Of a stretch of DNA of 64,000 nucleotides, positions 8,880 to 19,736 are shown one piece after another. The stretch is from Candidatus Eiseniibacteriota bacterium (GTDB lineage: Bacteria; Eisenbacteria; RBG-16-71-46; CAVPCR01). Made by a program: the position numbers and the translations under genes. Each line of letters begins with the position of its first letter. The stretch's first letter is position 1. Under the pieces are notes generated by a model. That model was not told the origin of the DNA, did no database searches, and was given only the letters and a program-made list of their open reading frames with translations. The DNA is taken from positions 1,184,001 through 1,248,000 of the forward strand of contig CAWGMA010000001.1 in NCBI GenBank assembly GCA_963823555.1, in the 5' to 3' direction.

Positions 8880-10685
8880 ATGACGAGCGATATCCGCAAC
8901 TTCTGCATCATCGCGCATATCGACCACGGCAAGTCGACCCTGGCCGATCGGTTGCTCGAGGTGACGCACGCCATCCCGACGAATCAGATGATGGACCAGG
9001 TCCTCGATGACATGGACCTCGAGCGCGAGCGCGGCATCACCATCAAGGCCCATCCCATTGCCCTCACCCACGAGGCGCGGGATGGGCGCACGTATCTCCT
9101 GAATCTCATCGATACGCCGGGGCATGTCGACTTCACCTACGAGGTATCGCGCAGTCTGGCCGCCTGCGAAGGGGCGATCCTCGTCGTGGACGCCGCCCAG
9201 GGCGTCGAGGCCCAGACCATGTCCAACTTCTATCTGGCCCTCGAGAACGATCTCGTCATCATCCCGGTGGTCAACAAGATCGACCTTCCGGCGGCGCGGA
9301 CCGAGGCCGTGGCGCACGAGCTCGCGGACCTGGTGGGGGAGACTCCCGACCGCGTTCTCCGGGTGAGCGCCCGGCAGGGGATCGGCATCGAGGAGCTGCT
9401 CGAGGCGGTGGTGGAACGCATTCCTCCGCCCGCAGATACCAGCAGATCTCCTTTGCGGGCACTCGTTTTCGATTCCGAGTTCAACCAGTTTCGGGGGGTG
9501 ATCCCGACCCTGCGCGTGGTCGATGGGGAGATCCGCACCGGCATGCGCGTGCGCTTCCACGCGAGCGGGCCGGAAGCCCCCATCTACGAGGTGCTCGAGG
9601 TGGGGCGCTTCCGCCTGAACCCGATCGCCATGCCCGCGCTCCGGGCGGGGGATGTCGGCTACCTGGTGGCCGGGATCAAGGACGTGGGTGAGGTCCAGGT
9701 CGGGGACACCATCCTCGATGCCGAGCGCACCGCCCTCCACCCGCTTCCCGGATATCAGCCGCTCAAGCCGATGGTCTTCTCCGGGCTCTACCCGGTGGAT
9801 ACCGACGACTACGCGGATCTCCGCGACGCCCTGGCCAAGCTCAAGCTGAACGACGCCTCGCTGTCCTACACGCCGGAGACCTCGGTGGCGCTCGGCTTCG
9901 GCTTTCGCTGCGGGTTCCTCGGACTGCTACATCTCGAGATCATCCGCGAGCGGCTGACTCGCGAATACAACCTGAACCTGATCTCCACGGTGCCCAGCGT
10001 CGAGTATCGGGTGCGCCTGGCCAACGGGGAGACCGTCCGCGTCGACAACCCCTCCCAGATGCCGCCGGCGATCGATGTCCTCGAGATCGAGGAGCCGATG
10101 GTCCGGGCCACCGTCGTCACCCCCCCCGATTACCTGGGCAACCTGATGAAACTCTGCCAGGACCGGCGCGGTATCTTCGGCGGGATCGAATATCCGGTGC
10201 CCAACCGGGCTGTCCTGCACTACGAGATGCCGCTCGCCGAGGTGGTGCTCGACTTCTACGACCGGCTCAAGTCGGTCTCGAAGGGGTACGCCTCGTTCGA
10301 CTACGAGGCGGGGGAGTACCGGGCTTCGAAGGTGGTCAAGATGGACATCCTCCTGAACGGCGACCCGGTGGATGCCCTCTCCGCCATCGTCCATGCGGAC
10401 AAGGCCTTCGAGTGGGGGAAGGAGCTCTGCGAGCGGCTGAAGGCCCTCATTCCCCGCCAGCTCTTCCAGGTCGCCATCCAGGCCGCGGTCGGCTCGCGGG
10501 TCGTCGCCCGCGAGACCATATCGGCTCTCCGCAAGAACGTAACGGCGAAGTGCTATGGTGGGGATATCACCCGCAAGCGGAAGCTCCTCGAGAGACAGAA
10601 GGAGGGCAAGAAGCGCATGAAGCAGATCGGCTCGGTCGAGGTTCCCCAGGAGGCCTTCCTGGCCGTCCTCAAGGTGGGCAAGTGA
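8880..10685 (+). CDS. lepA: Elongation factor 4
   Basis: [34 protein letters not shown]. Confidence 0.98.
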   Translation: MTSDIRNFCIIAHIDHGKSTLADRLLEVTHAIPTNQMMDQVLDDMDLERERGITIKAHPIALTHEARDGRTYLLNLIDTPGHVDFTYEVSRSLAACEGAILVVDAAQGVEAQTMSNFYLALENDLVIIPVVNKIDLPAARTEAVAHELADLVGETPDRVLRVSARQGIGIEELLEAVVERIPPPADTSRSPLRALVFDSEFNQFRGVIPTLRVVDGEIRTGMRVRFHASGPEAPIYEVLEVGRFRLNPIAMPALRAGDVGYLVAGIKDVGEVQVGDTILDAERTALHPLPGYQPLKPMVFSGLYPVDTDDYADLRDALAKLKLNDASLSYTPETSVALGFGFRCGFLGLLHLEIIRERLTREYNLNLISTVPSVEYRVRLANGETVRVDNPSQMPPAIDVLEIEEPMVRATVVTPPDYLGNLMKLCQDRRGIFGGIEYPVPNRAVLHYEMPLAEVVLDFYDRLKSVSKGYASFDYEAGEYRASKVVKMDILLNGDPVDALSAIVHADKAFEWGKELCERLKALIPRQLFQVAIQAAVGSRVVARETISALRKNVTAKCYGGDITRKRKLLERQKEGKKRMKQIGSVEVPQEAFLAVLKVGK

Positions 10686-11353
10686 TGTCGCGCCGGGACT
10701 CGATGACGGTGGCGGCCGCACCCACCGCGCGCCGGGCCAAGTCGACCCTGCGCGAGTACACGGAGGCGATTCTCCTCGCCCTAGTGCTGACCTTCATCCT
10801 GCGCTCATTCGTGATCCAGGCCTTCCGGATTCCCACCGGCTCGATGGAGGACACGCTTCTCGTCGGTGATTTCCTCTTCGTCAACAAGTTCCTGTATGGG
10901 GCGCGGGTGCCATTCACCGACATCCACATGCCGGCGGTGCGGTCGCCCCAGCCCGGAGACATCATCGTCTTCCGCTACCCGCGCGATCCCTCGAAAGACT
11001 TCATCAAGCGCTGCGTGGCCGTCGAGGGACAGGTCGTCGAGATCCGAGAGAAGCGACTCTACGTGGACGGCGTTCTCCAGGACGAGCCCTTCACCAAGCA
11101 CACCGACCCGACCGTGCGCCAGGGCCGCAACGATCCGCGCGACAACTTCGGGCCGGAGCGGGTTCCACCAGGCCATCTCTTCATGATGGGCGACAACCGG
11201 GACAACAGCTCCGATTCCCGGTACTGGGGTTTTCTGAACCACGACCTGATCAAGGGCAAGGCGATGTTCATCTACTGGTCGTGGGATCCCCAGCACAAGC
11301 TCGGGTTCATCCCGACACCGCGCCTGGGACGGATCGGGGATCTGATCCACTGA
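10685..11353 (+). CDS. lepB: Signal peptidase I
   Basis: IPTGSMEDTL (Ser), FIKRC (Lys), GDNRDNSSDSR; TGATG coupling to lepA. Confidence 0.96.
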   Translation: MSRRDSMTVAAAPTARRAKSTLREYTEAILLALVLTFILRSFVIQAFRIPTGSMEDTLLVGDFLFVNKFLYGARVPFTDIHMPAVRSPQPGDIIVFRYPRDPSKDFIKRCVAVEGQVVEIREKRLYVDGVLQDEPFTKHTDPTVRQGRNDPRDNFGPERVPPGHLFMMGDNRDNSSDSRYWGFLNHDLIKGKAMFIYWSWDPQHKLGFIPTPRLGRIGDLIH

Positions 11354-11392
11354 GAGCCGGATGCGACGGGACCGGCCGGCGAGGGCCAGGGC

Positions 11393-12586
11393 ATGACGGG
11401 AGAGGGGCGGCTCGGGTACGGGCTCTATCTCCATTCGCCATTCTGCGCCACGAAGTGCCCATACTGTGACTTCTACTCCGGGGTCTTTCCCGCGTCGCGG
11501 ATCCCGGCTGCGGTCGCGGCCATGGTGCGCGAGATGGAGGAGGCCCGCGCCGATGCCCGGGTCGCGCCTCTCATCGAGCGGGGGCTGGTCACCAGTTTCT
11601 TCTTCGGCGGAGGGACGCCGAGCCATCTTCCCGAGTCCGAGCTCGCACGCCTCCTGACCGCCATCCGATCCTGCTTTTCCCTTGCACCAGGCGCCGAGGT
11701 GACGGTCGAGTGCAACCCCGAGAGCTTCACGGCCGACAAGGCGTCTCGATTGCGGGAGCTCGGGGTCGAGCGCGTGAGCCTGGGTGTGCAATCCCTGGAC
11801 GATGGCGTGCTGGCAGGCCTGGGCCGCCCCCATGATGCGCGGAGCGCCCTGGCTGCCGCCCGGGCGGCGCGGGAGCTCTTCCCCCAGGTGAGCTACGATC
11901 TGATCCTTGCTGCACCGGGTCTCACGCAGCCGGTCCTCGCCGACTCGCTCGATCGCCTGCTCGACCTGGGTCCCGACCATCTCTCGGCCTACGGCCTCAC
12001 GATCGAGGCTGGGACTCCGTTCTCGGCCCGCGTCGTGCGCGGCGACCTCGTCGAGGCCACGGACGATGAGTTCCTGGCCGAGGATGAGCTCGTCGAGTCC
12101 CGTGCCGCTCGGGCCGGTCTCCTCCGCTACGAGGTATCGAACTACGCTCGCCCCGGCGCCGAGTGCCGGCACAACCTCGACATCTGGCGCGGGGGCTACT
12201 ACCTCGGTCTTGGGCCGAGCGCGCACTCCTACCTTCCCTGCGGGGACCACGGCCTGCGCCGCGCCAATGTGGCCGATCTCGACCAGTACGTGAGCCGTCT
12301 CGAAGGCGGCGAATCGCCGGTGGCGACGGCCGAGATCATCGGGCGCGAGCAGGCGATGGCGGAGCGGTTTCTTCTCGGAATGCGCACGACCGAGGGCGTC
12401 GAGCTGGGTGCCTTCGCGGATCGCTTCGGCATCCCGGTCGAGGCCGCCGCGGGCAGCGAGCTGGCTGCCCTCGAAGCGGGCGGCTTCGTGATCCGGCAAG
12501 GCGGTCGGCTGGCCGTGACCCCGGCTGGTCGCGCCGTGCTGGACGCCGTCGTCGGCCGTCTCACGTCCCGCCTCGCGGCGGCGTAG
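11393..12586 (+). CDS. hemW: Radical SAM heme chaperone HemW (HemN-like)
   Basis: HSPFCATKCPYCDF, GGGTPS, YEVSNYA; typical lepA neighbour. Confidence 0.85.
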   Translation: MTGEGRLGYGLYLHSPFCATKCPYCDFYSGVFPASRIPAAVAAMVREMEEARADARVAPLIERGLVTSFFFGGGTPSHLPESELARLLTAIRSCFSLAPGAEVTVECNPESFTADKASRLRELGVERVSLGVQSLDDGVLAGLGRPHDARSALAAARAARELFPQVSYDLILAAPGLTQPVLADSLDRLLDLGPDHLSAYGLTIEAGTPFSARVVRGDLVEATDDEFLAEDELVESRAARAGLLRYEVSNYARPGAECRHNLDIWRGGYYLGLGPSAHSYLPCGDHGLRRANVADLDQYVSRLEGGESPVATAEIIGREQAMAERFLLGMRTTEGVELGAFADRFGIPVEAAAGSELAALEAGGFVIRQGGRLAVTPAGRAVLDAVVGRLTSRLAAA

Positions 12587-12598
12587 GCGGTTGCCGGG

Positions 12599-13720
12599 AT
12601 GCGCGCCGTTCTCGTCCATGACTGGCTCACCGGGATGCGCGGTGGAGAGAAGGTGCTCGAGGCCCTGGCCGAGATCTTCCCCGAGGCTCCCATCTATACG
12701 CTGGTCCATCGCCCGGGCGGAGTGAGCGCGGGGCTCGAGTCGCACCCGATCCGCACGTCCTGGCTCGGACGGTTGCCAGGCGCGCAGCACTATTACCGCC
12801 GATTGCTGCCGCTCTACCCTCTGGCCGCGGCATCGTGGCGAGTTCCGCCGTGTGACCTCGTGCTGTCATCGAGCCACGCCCTGGCCAAGGCGATTGCCAA
12901 ACCGAGGGGTGCGCTGCACGTCTGCTACTGCCACACGCCGATGCGCTATCTGTGGGACCTGTACGAGGACTATTTCAGCAAGGAACGAGCGGGTCTCGCC
13001 ACTCGCCTCGCCATGCGCGCCGTGCGCGATCCGCTCCGCCGCTGGGACCGGAGCACGGCGGCCGGAGTCGATCACTGGCTTGCCAACTCCGCGAACGTGA
13101 GCGAGCGCATCCGGCGGCTGTATGGCGCCGATGCGACGGTCCTCCATCCGTTCGTCGATCTCGAACGCTTCACGCCGCGATCGGGGGCAGAAGAAGCGGA
13201 ACCCCGTTATCTGGTGGTCTCGGCCCTGGTTCCCTACAAGCGGATCGATCTTGCCATCGCCGCGGCAGCCCGGCTCGGGCGTGGCCTCGATGTGGTCGGC
13301 AGCGGCCCCGATGAAGGAAGGCTGCGATCGATGGCGGGCGACCATGTCACCTTCCATGGCTGGGTCGACGATGCCGCGCTCGCGGGGTTCTACCGCCGTG
13401 CGCGCGCCCTCCTGATGCCGGGGGAGGAGGACTTCGGCATCGCCCCCCTCGAGGCGATGGCCTCCGGGCGGCCGGTGGTCGCCTATGGACGCGGGGGTGC
13501 GCTGGAGACGGTGAAGGACGGAGTCACCGGAATCCTCTTCACACCGCAGAGCGCCGAGGCCTTGGCTCAAGCGCTCCTCGCTGCCGAGTCGCAGGAATGG
13601 GACGCGCGGGCGATCCGCGCTCATGCCGAGGGATTCTCACGCCGCCGCTTCCTGGTGGCGGCCAGGGAGTTCCTGACCGGTCTCGGCCTCGAGGCCGGCG
13701 CCGCGGCCCAGCGCGCCTAG
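12599..13720 (+). CDS. Glycosyltransferase family 4
   Basis: VHDWLTGMRGGEKV, CHTPMRY, EDFGIAPLEAMASG. Confidence 0.92.
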   Translation: MRAVLVHDWLTGMRGGEKVLEALAEIFPEAPIYTLVHRPGGVSAGLESHPIRTSWLGRLPGAQHYYRRLLPLYPLAAASWRVPPCDLVLSSSHALAKAIAKPRGALHVCYCHTPMRYLWDLYEDYFSKERAGLATRLAMRAVRDPLRRWDRSTAAGVDHWLANSANVSERIRRLYGADATVLHPFVDLERFTPRSGAEEAEPRYLVVSALVPYKRIDLAIAAAARLGRGLDVVGSGPDEGRLRSMAGDHVTFHGWVDDAALAGFYRRARALLMPGEEDFGIAPLEAMASGRPVVAYGRGGALETVKDGVTGILFTPQSAEALAQALLAAESQEWDARAIRAHAEGFSRRRFLVAAREFLTGLGLEAGAAAQRA

Positions 13721-14871
13721 GGCTGGTCGAGCAGCTCGCGGATCACCTGCAGCAGCCCTTCGGCAGATGCCTTCCAGCTGAAGCACTGCGCCCGGGCGAG
13801 GCCGAGCTTCCGGAGTGTCTCCTGCCGCTCCTTGTCGCCGAGGAGCTCCGCCATCGCGGTGGCGAGGGCCCGGTCGTCTCCGGGCGGCACGAGGAGCGCC
13901 GCGCCACCGCTCACCTCGGCCAGGGCACCGCCCGCGGTTGTGATCACGGGAGCGCCGGCGGCCATCGCCTCGAGGACCGGCAGCCCGAACCCCTCGTACA
14001 GAGACGGCATGACGAATAGCCGCGCTCCCGCATAGAGAAGTGGCAGGTCGCCGGAGTCGACGTAGCCCAGGAAACGCAGACGGTCACCGAGAGGATGGCC
14101 GCGACGGAGATCGGCCGTGTCCCCCATGCCCCAGCCCTTGCCGCCGACCACGACCGCCTCGCCAGCGAAAGAGCCCGCCGCGGCGACCTCCGCCATGGCG
14201 CGGAGAAATCCCCCGAGGTTCTTCCGCGGCTCGATGGTGCCGACGAAGAGCACGTAATCGCGCTCGATGCCGAATCGCCGGCGCAGGTGATCGCGCACCA
14301 AGACCGGATCGAGCACACGGAATTCCGGACCGGCAGCCAGGGGGATGACGCGTACCCGCGACGGGCTGATCGGATAGAAGCGAACGAGGTCCCGAGCCGT
14401 GGCTTCGGAGATGGCGATGATGCGATCCGCGGCGCGGAACGAGCGGCGGGCCACCGGGGCGAGGAGGAGGCGGTTCCGCCGGGAGAGAGTTTCTGGATAG
14501 AGGCGGAACACAAGATCATTGCAGGTGACGACGAGCGGGATCTTGCCGCGAAGGGCAACGGGGAGCACCAGGTTCGTGCCCCAGAAGACGTCCAGCCGAT
14601 CGGCGGCAAGGAACTTGGCGGCGCCCCCGTGGAGCCACAGGGTTCCCCATCGTGCCGCGATGCCCTTGCCTTCGCGCACGATGAAGCGGCTCCCAGGGGG
14701 CAGCTGCTCAGCGACGCGATCGCCGTTCCGCATCGTGTAGCAGAAGAACTGGGCGGAGGGATCCTGCACCGCCATCTCGCGCAGGAGCTCCCGCACCGCG
14801 ACACCGATTCCGGTGAGCCGGGTGGCCAGCGGCCGGACGTCGATGCCGATGCGCAGGCTCGGGGAGGGCAT
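13717..14871 (-). CDS. Glycosyltransferase family 4 (MtfB-like)
   Basis: VGTIEPRKN, PSLYEGFGLPVLEAMA. Confidence 0.92.
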   Translation of the reverse strand: MPSPSLRIGIDVRPLATRLTGIGVAVRELLREMAVQDPSAQFFCYTMRNGDRVAEQLPPGSRFIVREGKGIAARWGTLWLHGGAAKFLAADRLDVFWGTNLVLPVALRGKIPLVVTCNDLVFRLYPETLSRRNRLLLAPVARRSFRAADRIIAISEATARDLVRFYPISPSRVRVIPLAAGPEFRVLDPVLVRDHLRRRFGIERDYVLFVGTIEPRKNLGGFLRAMAEVAAAGSFAGEAVVVGGKGWGMGDTADLRRGHPLGDRLRFLGYVDSGDLPLLYAGARLFVMPSLYEGFGLPVLEAMAAGAPVITTAGGALAEVSGGAALLVPPGDDRALATAMAELLGDKERQETLRKLGLARAQCFSWKASAEGLLQVIRELLDQP

Positions 14872-14878
14872 GCGGGAG

Positions 14879-14908
14879 AGAATGGCCGGGGAGTCCGTTT
14901 GCTGTCAA
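14879..14908 (-). promoter_or_regulatory. Sigma70 promoter, probably for a leaderless mRNA
   Basis: TTGACA-N18-CATTCT, 7 nt before the ATG at 14871; no SD. Confidence 0.5.
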
Positions 14909-14960
14909 CGCGCCCCTGGCCGCCTGGCGCGGCGATCCCCGGAGGCGCGTGCGGGGGGGA

Positions 14961-16250
14961 CTACGAGCCGGCGTCTGGTGGCGGGCTCACCTTGCGGGAG
15001 CGCCCGAGGAGCCCGGCCGCACCGAGGATCATGATCCCAGCGACGCGGCTTGTGGCGTAGCTCAGGGCCACCGCCCAGGCCACCGCGGCCGCGCCATGCT
15101 CCGGTGCCAGCCACCAGGCCAGACCGGCTGCGCTCGCTGCACAGATCAGGTTGGTGACCAGAGAGATGTCGGCGCGCTTGTGATAGAAGATGAGCATCTC
15201 GACCGGTGCGGCGAGCACCTGGAGCGCGACGGCGCAGAGGAGACCCCGCGCGACCGGCGCGGCGGCACCGTACTTGTCCGACCAGACGAGCGACATGACG
15301 GGGCCGGCGGCCGCAAAGGCCAGACCCAGGCCACCGACCAGGAGGCCGAGAAAGGGCAGCGAGCGGCGCTGCAGGTGCAGCGCTTCCCTTGCGTCCCGCG
15401 CCCGCGCGACACGTGCCGACATGACCATCAGGTACTGACTCAACAGGATCGTGATCGGCAATACGAGCTGGCTGGCCAGGTAGTAGTGCGCGGCTTCCAC
15501 GCTGCCGGCGCGAGCGAAGATGATGGGACCGGGAAGATACGTGGCGGCCACCCACAGCGCTCCGGCTCCGCCAAAGGTGAAGGACAGGCGCAGGAACTCC
15601 CGGCGATCCGTGACGGCGAGCCCGGTCCCCCCCGTTGCCCCCGGCGGAAGGAACCAGGCGGAGAGGAAGGCGTGAATGACGGGAGTGAGGGCGAGAGCGA
15701 TGGCGACCGATTGCCAGCGGGGTGGCTCGAGCAGGAGCGCGACCGCGAGCACGATCCCGACCCGGAGCGCGGTGGCGATGCCCCGGATGACCAGCTCGCG
15801 CCGCACGCGTTGCCAGGCGATGAAGATGCTCGAGGCGAGAGAGCCGAGTGCGGCCGCGAGCGCCCCGGCGAAGGCGGCGAACACGGCGCCGCTGCTCCCG
15901 CTCCCCGGGAAGGCGCGCTGGGCCAGAGTGGGGGTGAGCAGCGCACCGAGCGCCATGACCGCGAGACCGGCGCCGAGCTTGACGCCGAGACCAAAGCGGA
16001 CGACACCGCCGGCCTCCTCGCCAGCTGCCAGTCGCGCCGAGGCGAAGCGCACCACCGTGGGGTTGACGCCGCACTCGGCCGCCGCCGAGGCGATGAGGAG
16101 GATCATGAGACAGAAGGAGAGCGAGCCCATGGCCTCGGCGTCGAGGGTGCGAGCGAGCACCATCTGCGTGGCGAAGATGGCGCCCTTGGCGATGACGTCA
16201 CCACCGGTGAGCAGAAGGGTGGCCCGGGCGACGTAGGATCGCTGCACCAT
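14961..16250 (-). CDS. Wzx/MOP-family oligosaccharide flippase
   Basis: Many hydrophobic segments, N-terminal LARTL..MG flippase pattern, located among GTs. Confidence 0.75.
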   Translation of the reverse strand: MVQRSYVARATLLLTGGDVIAKGAIFATQMVLARTLDAEAMGSLSFCLMILLIASAAAECGVNPTVVRFASARLAAGEEAGGVVRFGLGVKLGAGLAVMALGALLTPTLAQRAFPGSGSSGAVFAAFAGALAAALGSLASSIFIAWQRVRRELVIRGIATALRVGIVLAVALLLEPPRWQSVAIALALTPVIHAFLSAWFLPPGATGGTGLAVTDRREFLRLSFTFGGAGALWVAATYLPGPIIFARAGSVEAAHYYLASQLVLPITILLSQYLMVMSARVARARDAREALHLQRRSLPFLGLLVGGLGLAFAAAGPVMSLVWSDKYGAAAPVARGLLCAVALQVLAAPVEMLIFYHKRADISLVTNLICAASAAGLAWWLAPEHGAAAVAWAVALSYATSRVAGIMILGAAGLLGRSRKVSPPPDAGS

Positions 16251-16395
16251 TTCAAGCGGCTTGACCAAGCGACTCCCTGGGGTTGACGCCACGGCTCGAA
16301 CTCCGCCGGCTGGCCCCGCGATGACCGGCTCCCTGGCGGAGGCCTGAAAGTGGGCGATGGCGGAAACGAGCGTGGCCCGGCATTATAGCCCCCCG

Positions 16396-17577
16396 ATGAG
16401 AGTCGCGATCGATGCTAGACAGCTCTGGGAACTGGGGATCGGCACCTATGTGCGGAATCTCCTCGGTGGACTCGCCCGCGCCGGCGGGCCGGAGCTCGAT
16501 CTCACGTTGCTGCTCCCACCCCGGCCCTGGCGCGATACCTGGAGCGATCCGGTGGCGGCCGGGGCCGGTTTCCCGGGCGCCGATGCGGCCGGCTCCGCTG
16601 CGCCACCGCCATCTCGGGTCGCCGCCCCCGCGGTCCGGGGCCTCGAGATCAGCGCTCCCAAGCAGTCCATGAAGGAGCACATCGCGATTCCATTCCGTCT
16701 CTTCTGGCAACGTCTCGATCTCGTCCATGCGCCGCATTATGTCGCTCCACTCGCTGTCCGGCAGCCCCTGATCATCACGGTTCACGACACCATCCACCTG
16801 CTCTTTCCCGAGTTTCTCTCTCCGGCGCGGCGCCGGATCGCCGGCCACCTGCTGGAGCTGGCGCTCCGGCGGGCGAGACGCGTGATCGCCGTGTCGCGGC
16901 GCACCGCGGACGATCTCGAGCACCTGTTTCCGTTCACCCGCTCCAAGCTGCGCGTCATCTACCCCGGCCTTGCTTCCCGCTATGCCGCCGGGGCTCCGGA
17001 TCCATCGAGCGTCGAGTCATGGCGGAGACGGCGCGGGCTTCCCGATCGCTACTACCTCGCTGTGGGAGCCATCCGGCCCCACAAGAACCTCCTTCACCTG
17101 GCCCGCGCCTATGCCGCAAGCGGCCTGGCCCCCGGATGGGAACTCGTGCTCGCCGGCGAGGCCCCGCTGCGGTTCGCGCCGCTCAAGGAGGAGATTGCCG
17201 CCGCCGCAGGGAGCGGCGTTCGGTTCCTCGGACGGGTCGCCGACGCCGATCTGCCGTTCCTCTATGCCGGAGCCACGGGGGTCGCGGTGCCTTCGCTCTA
17301 CGAGGGCTTCGGGTTGACGGCGCTGGAAGCCATGGCGATGGGCGTTCCGGTCCTGGCGGCGGCGACCGGCTCGCTTCCCGAAGTGGTGGGAGAAGCGGGG
17401 TGGCTCCTTCCTCCGCACGACCTCGCCGGCTGGAGCGAGGCCCTGGCCCGGGTTGCGCGCGATCAGGCCCTCCAGTCCGAGCTCGGAGCGCGCGGGCGGG
17501 AACGGGCACGGAGCTTCAGCCTGGAACGGCTGGGGGCGGAGACGCTCGAGGTGTACCGGGAGGCGGCCCGGTGCTGA
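16396..17577 (+). CDS. Glycosyltransferase family 4
   Basis: MRVAIDAR, GIGTY, PHKN, PSLYEGFGLTALEAMA. Confidence 0.92.
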   Translation: MRVAIDARQLWELGIGTYVRNLLGGLARAGGPELDLTLLLPPRPWRDTWSDPVAAGAGFPGADAAGSAAPPPSRVAAPAVRGLEISAPKQSMKEHIAIPFRLFWQRLDLVHAPHYVAPLAVRQPLIITVHDTIHLLFPEFLSPARRRIAGHLLELALRRARRVIAVSRRTADDLEHLFPFTRSKLRVIYPGLASRYAAGAPDPSSVESWRRRRGLPDRYYLAVGAIRPHKNLLHLARAYAASGLAPGWELVLAGEAPLRFAPLKEEIAAAAGSGVRFLGRVADADLPFLYAGATGVAVPSLYEGFGLTALEAMAMGVPVLAAATGSLPEVVGEAGWLLPPHDLAGWSEALARVARDQALQSELGARGRERARSFSLERLGAETLEVYREAARC

Positions 17578-17594
17578 TCGCGGGAAGGGAACGG

Positions 17595-19526
17595 CTAGCC
17601 CACGGTGATGATGCGAACGTGGTCGGGGAGCAGCCGGGCTAGCTGGCGCAGCACGTTGCCGCGCAGCATGTGATAGATCGCGGTGCGCTGACTCACTCCC
17701 ATCATCACCGCCTCGACGCCGAGCATGGTCGCGGCCTCCGCCAGCTTGTGGGCGGCGTTGTCAGCGATCTCCCAGATCGGCACCAGCGTGATGTCCTGCT
17801 GGCTCGCGAGCTCCGCCGCCTGGTTGAGGGCGGCGATCACATCCGCATCCGGTGTGAGCTGCTCTCCGGAGAAGAGCCCGGGCCACTCCGTGATCGAGAT
17901 CACGTAGAGGGCGACTCCATTCTCTCCCTTGACGCGGCGAATGGCCTCGGCGATGAGTCGCGGATTGGGGCCGCGGAGAGCAGCCAGGGTGGAGGAGGGA
18001 AGGAGCTTCTTCACCGCCCGGGCGTTGTCGAGATCGAGGATGGGTTCTCGCTCGAGCACCGCGCCGATCGCTTGAGCGCGAAGCCGCTCTGCCCGCCGCG
18101 CAACGGCCGGTAGCTTGTTCAGGGCCTTGACCGGCAGGTCGCGCCGGATGGCCAGTCCGATCAGGAGTCCGGTCAGGGTCACGGCGCCCCCGAACATCGT
18201 GGCGTGCGGTTTGGCGACGATGTTCACGCTCCATGCCGTGACGACCATGAGCGACGTGAAGAGACCGAGGACGAAGCCGGGACCGCGGCGGTGTCCGCGC
18301 CAGCGCTCCACATCGAGACCGATGGATGTGAAGGTGAAGGCGCCGAGCAGGCCGAACGAATACATGTCCCCCAGGAGCTCCAGGTGCCCCTTGGTGAGGA
18401 GGACGACAGCCACCGGGACCAGGGTGGCGAGGAGGATGGCCCGGTGGGGCGTGCCGTAACGAGCATTGCGTGAGGCCAGTGGTTTCGGCAGGTACCGATT
18501 CTTGGTCAAGGCGAGGAAGACGTGGTAACAGCCGATGATGGCGGTATTGGCCGCCAGGAGCAGCAGGCACCCCGCCGTGACGACCACCCCTGCGCGCGCC
18601 AGGATGCCGCCATGGGCGAACGCGAGATCGGAGATCAAGTGGTCGGCGGCCGCGGTCTTGGTCTCGGTCGAAAGCGTGGCCATCGACAGCGCCGTGAGTA
18701 GCGGCGATGTGATGAGGATGGTGAAGATGATGGCCGCCGTCGTCTTGTGCGCCGTGGGGGCGAGGGGGCGTTTCAGTGCCGGTGAGAGCTGGCTCACGCT
18801 CTCGAGACCGGAGAAGGCGAGCCAGGCTGCGGAGAAGCCGACGAGGATCACCCCGGGAGAAAGGCTGTGAACCGCCTTCGTCTGGGTCCAGATCACGCTC
18901 AGATCGGCCACGGCGCCGGTGGCGAGAGCGAGCACGATGACGCCCAGGTTCACCGTGAAGGCGACGAGCGCGAAGACCAGCGACAGGGCCGCGCTCTCCC
19001 GGATCCCGATGATGTTCACTGCCGCCATGAGCAGGAGGGCAATCACGGCCAGCGCGACGACATGGACCCCGAGTCCGGGCAGGAGCGAGCTCAAGTAGTA
19101 GAAACCGCTGGTCGTCGAGATCGCCGAGGTGAGGAAGTAATCGGTGATGATCAGCATGCCCCCGAGGGCGCCGAATCCGGGTCCGAAGGCGCTGGTGGCG
19201 ACACTCACGACGCCACCGCCTTCAGGGTGGGTGATCGTGACCTCGGAGTACTTGAGGGCGAGCAAGACGAAGCCGATGCCGGTGGCCACGACGAAGAGGG
19301 TCGTCAGGTCGCCGACCTGGCCGTGGAGGATGCCCGGCACGTAGTAGACGCTGGTGCCGATGTCGCAGAAGACGACAGCCCAGGCCAGCGGCCAGGTCAG
19401 GTTGCCCGGCAGCTTGGCCGGCTTGCGGCGAGTCCCCAGTGGTTGCTCCGGACCTTGGGCCGCCGCAGGCGTCTCCGCGGCGCCGCGGTCCGGAGGGGAC
19501 TCGGGATCTTCATCGCCACTGATCAT
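17595..19526 (-). CDS. APC-family permease with C-terminal USP-like domain (KimA-like)
   Basis: DIGTSVYY, PEGGG, FSGLES; multiple TMs; soluble C-terminal ...RGNVLRQL. Confidence 0.75.
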   Translation of the reverse strand: MISGDEDPESPPDRGAAETPAAAQGPEQPLGTRRKPAKLPGNLTWPLAWAVVFCDIGTSVYYVPGILHGQVGDLTTLFVVATGIGFVLLALKYSEVTITHPEGGGVVSVATSAFGPGFGALGGMLIITDYFLTSAISTTSGFYYLSSLLPGLGVHVVALAVIALLLMAAVNIIGIRESAALSLVFALVAFTVNLGVIVLALATGAVADLSVIWTQTKAVHSLSPGVILVGFSAAWLAFSGLESVSQLSPALKRPLAPTAHKTTAAIIFTILITSPLLTALSMATLSTETKTAAADHLISDLAFAHGGILARAGVVVTAGCLLLLAANTAIIGCYHVFLALTKNRYLPKPLASRNARYGTPHRAILLATLVPVAVVLLTKGHLELLGDMYSFGLLGAFTFTSIGLDVERWRGHRRGPGFVLGLFTSLMVVTAWSVNIVAKPHATMFGGAVTLTGLLIGLAIRRDLPVKALNKLPAVARRAERLRAQAIGAVLEREPILDLDNARAVKKLLPSSTLAALRGPNPRLIAEAIRRVKGENGVALYVISITEWPGLFSGEQLTPDADVIAALNQAAELASQQDITLVPIWEIADNAAHKLAEAATMLGVEAVMMGVSQRTAIYHMLRGNVLRQLARLLPDHVRIITVG

Positions 19527-19736
19527 GGGCCGGGATTCTACTCGATCCCGGCGTCCGGCAGCGGCAGGGATCCCCACGAGAGCCGCCGTGATGGCGATGG
19601 TCCAGTGTGGACCGCCGCTTCGGGGTCCGTGGAGGCGTGGTGGCTCAGGGGCCCGTTGACAGCGGGGTAGAGGCTGCCATTATCTTCCGATTCCGGGCGC
19701 CGGGGTGCCCCGGGTCCCGCCCATTCATAGGATCTG

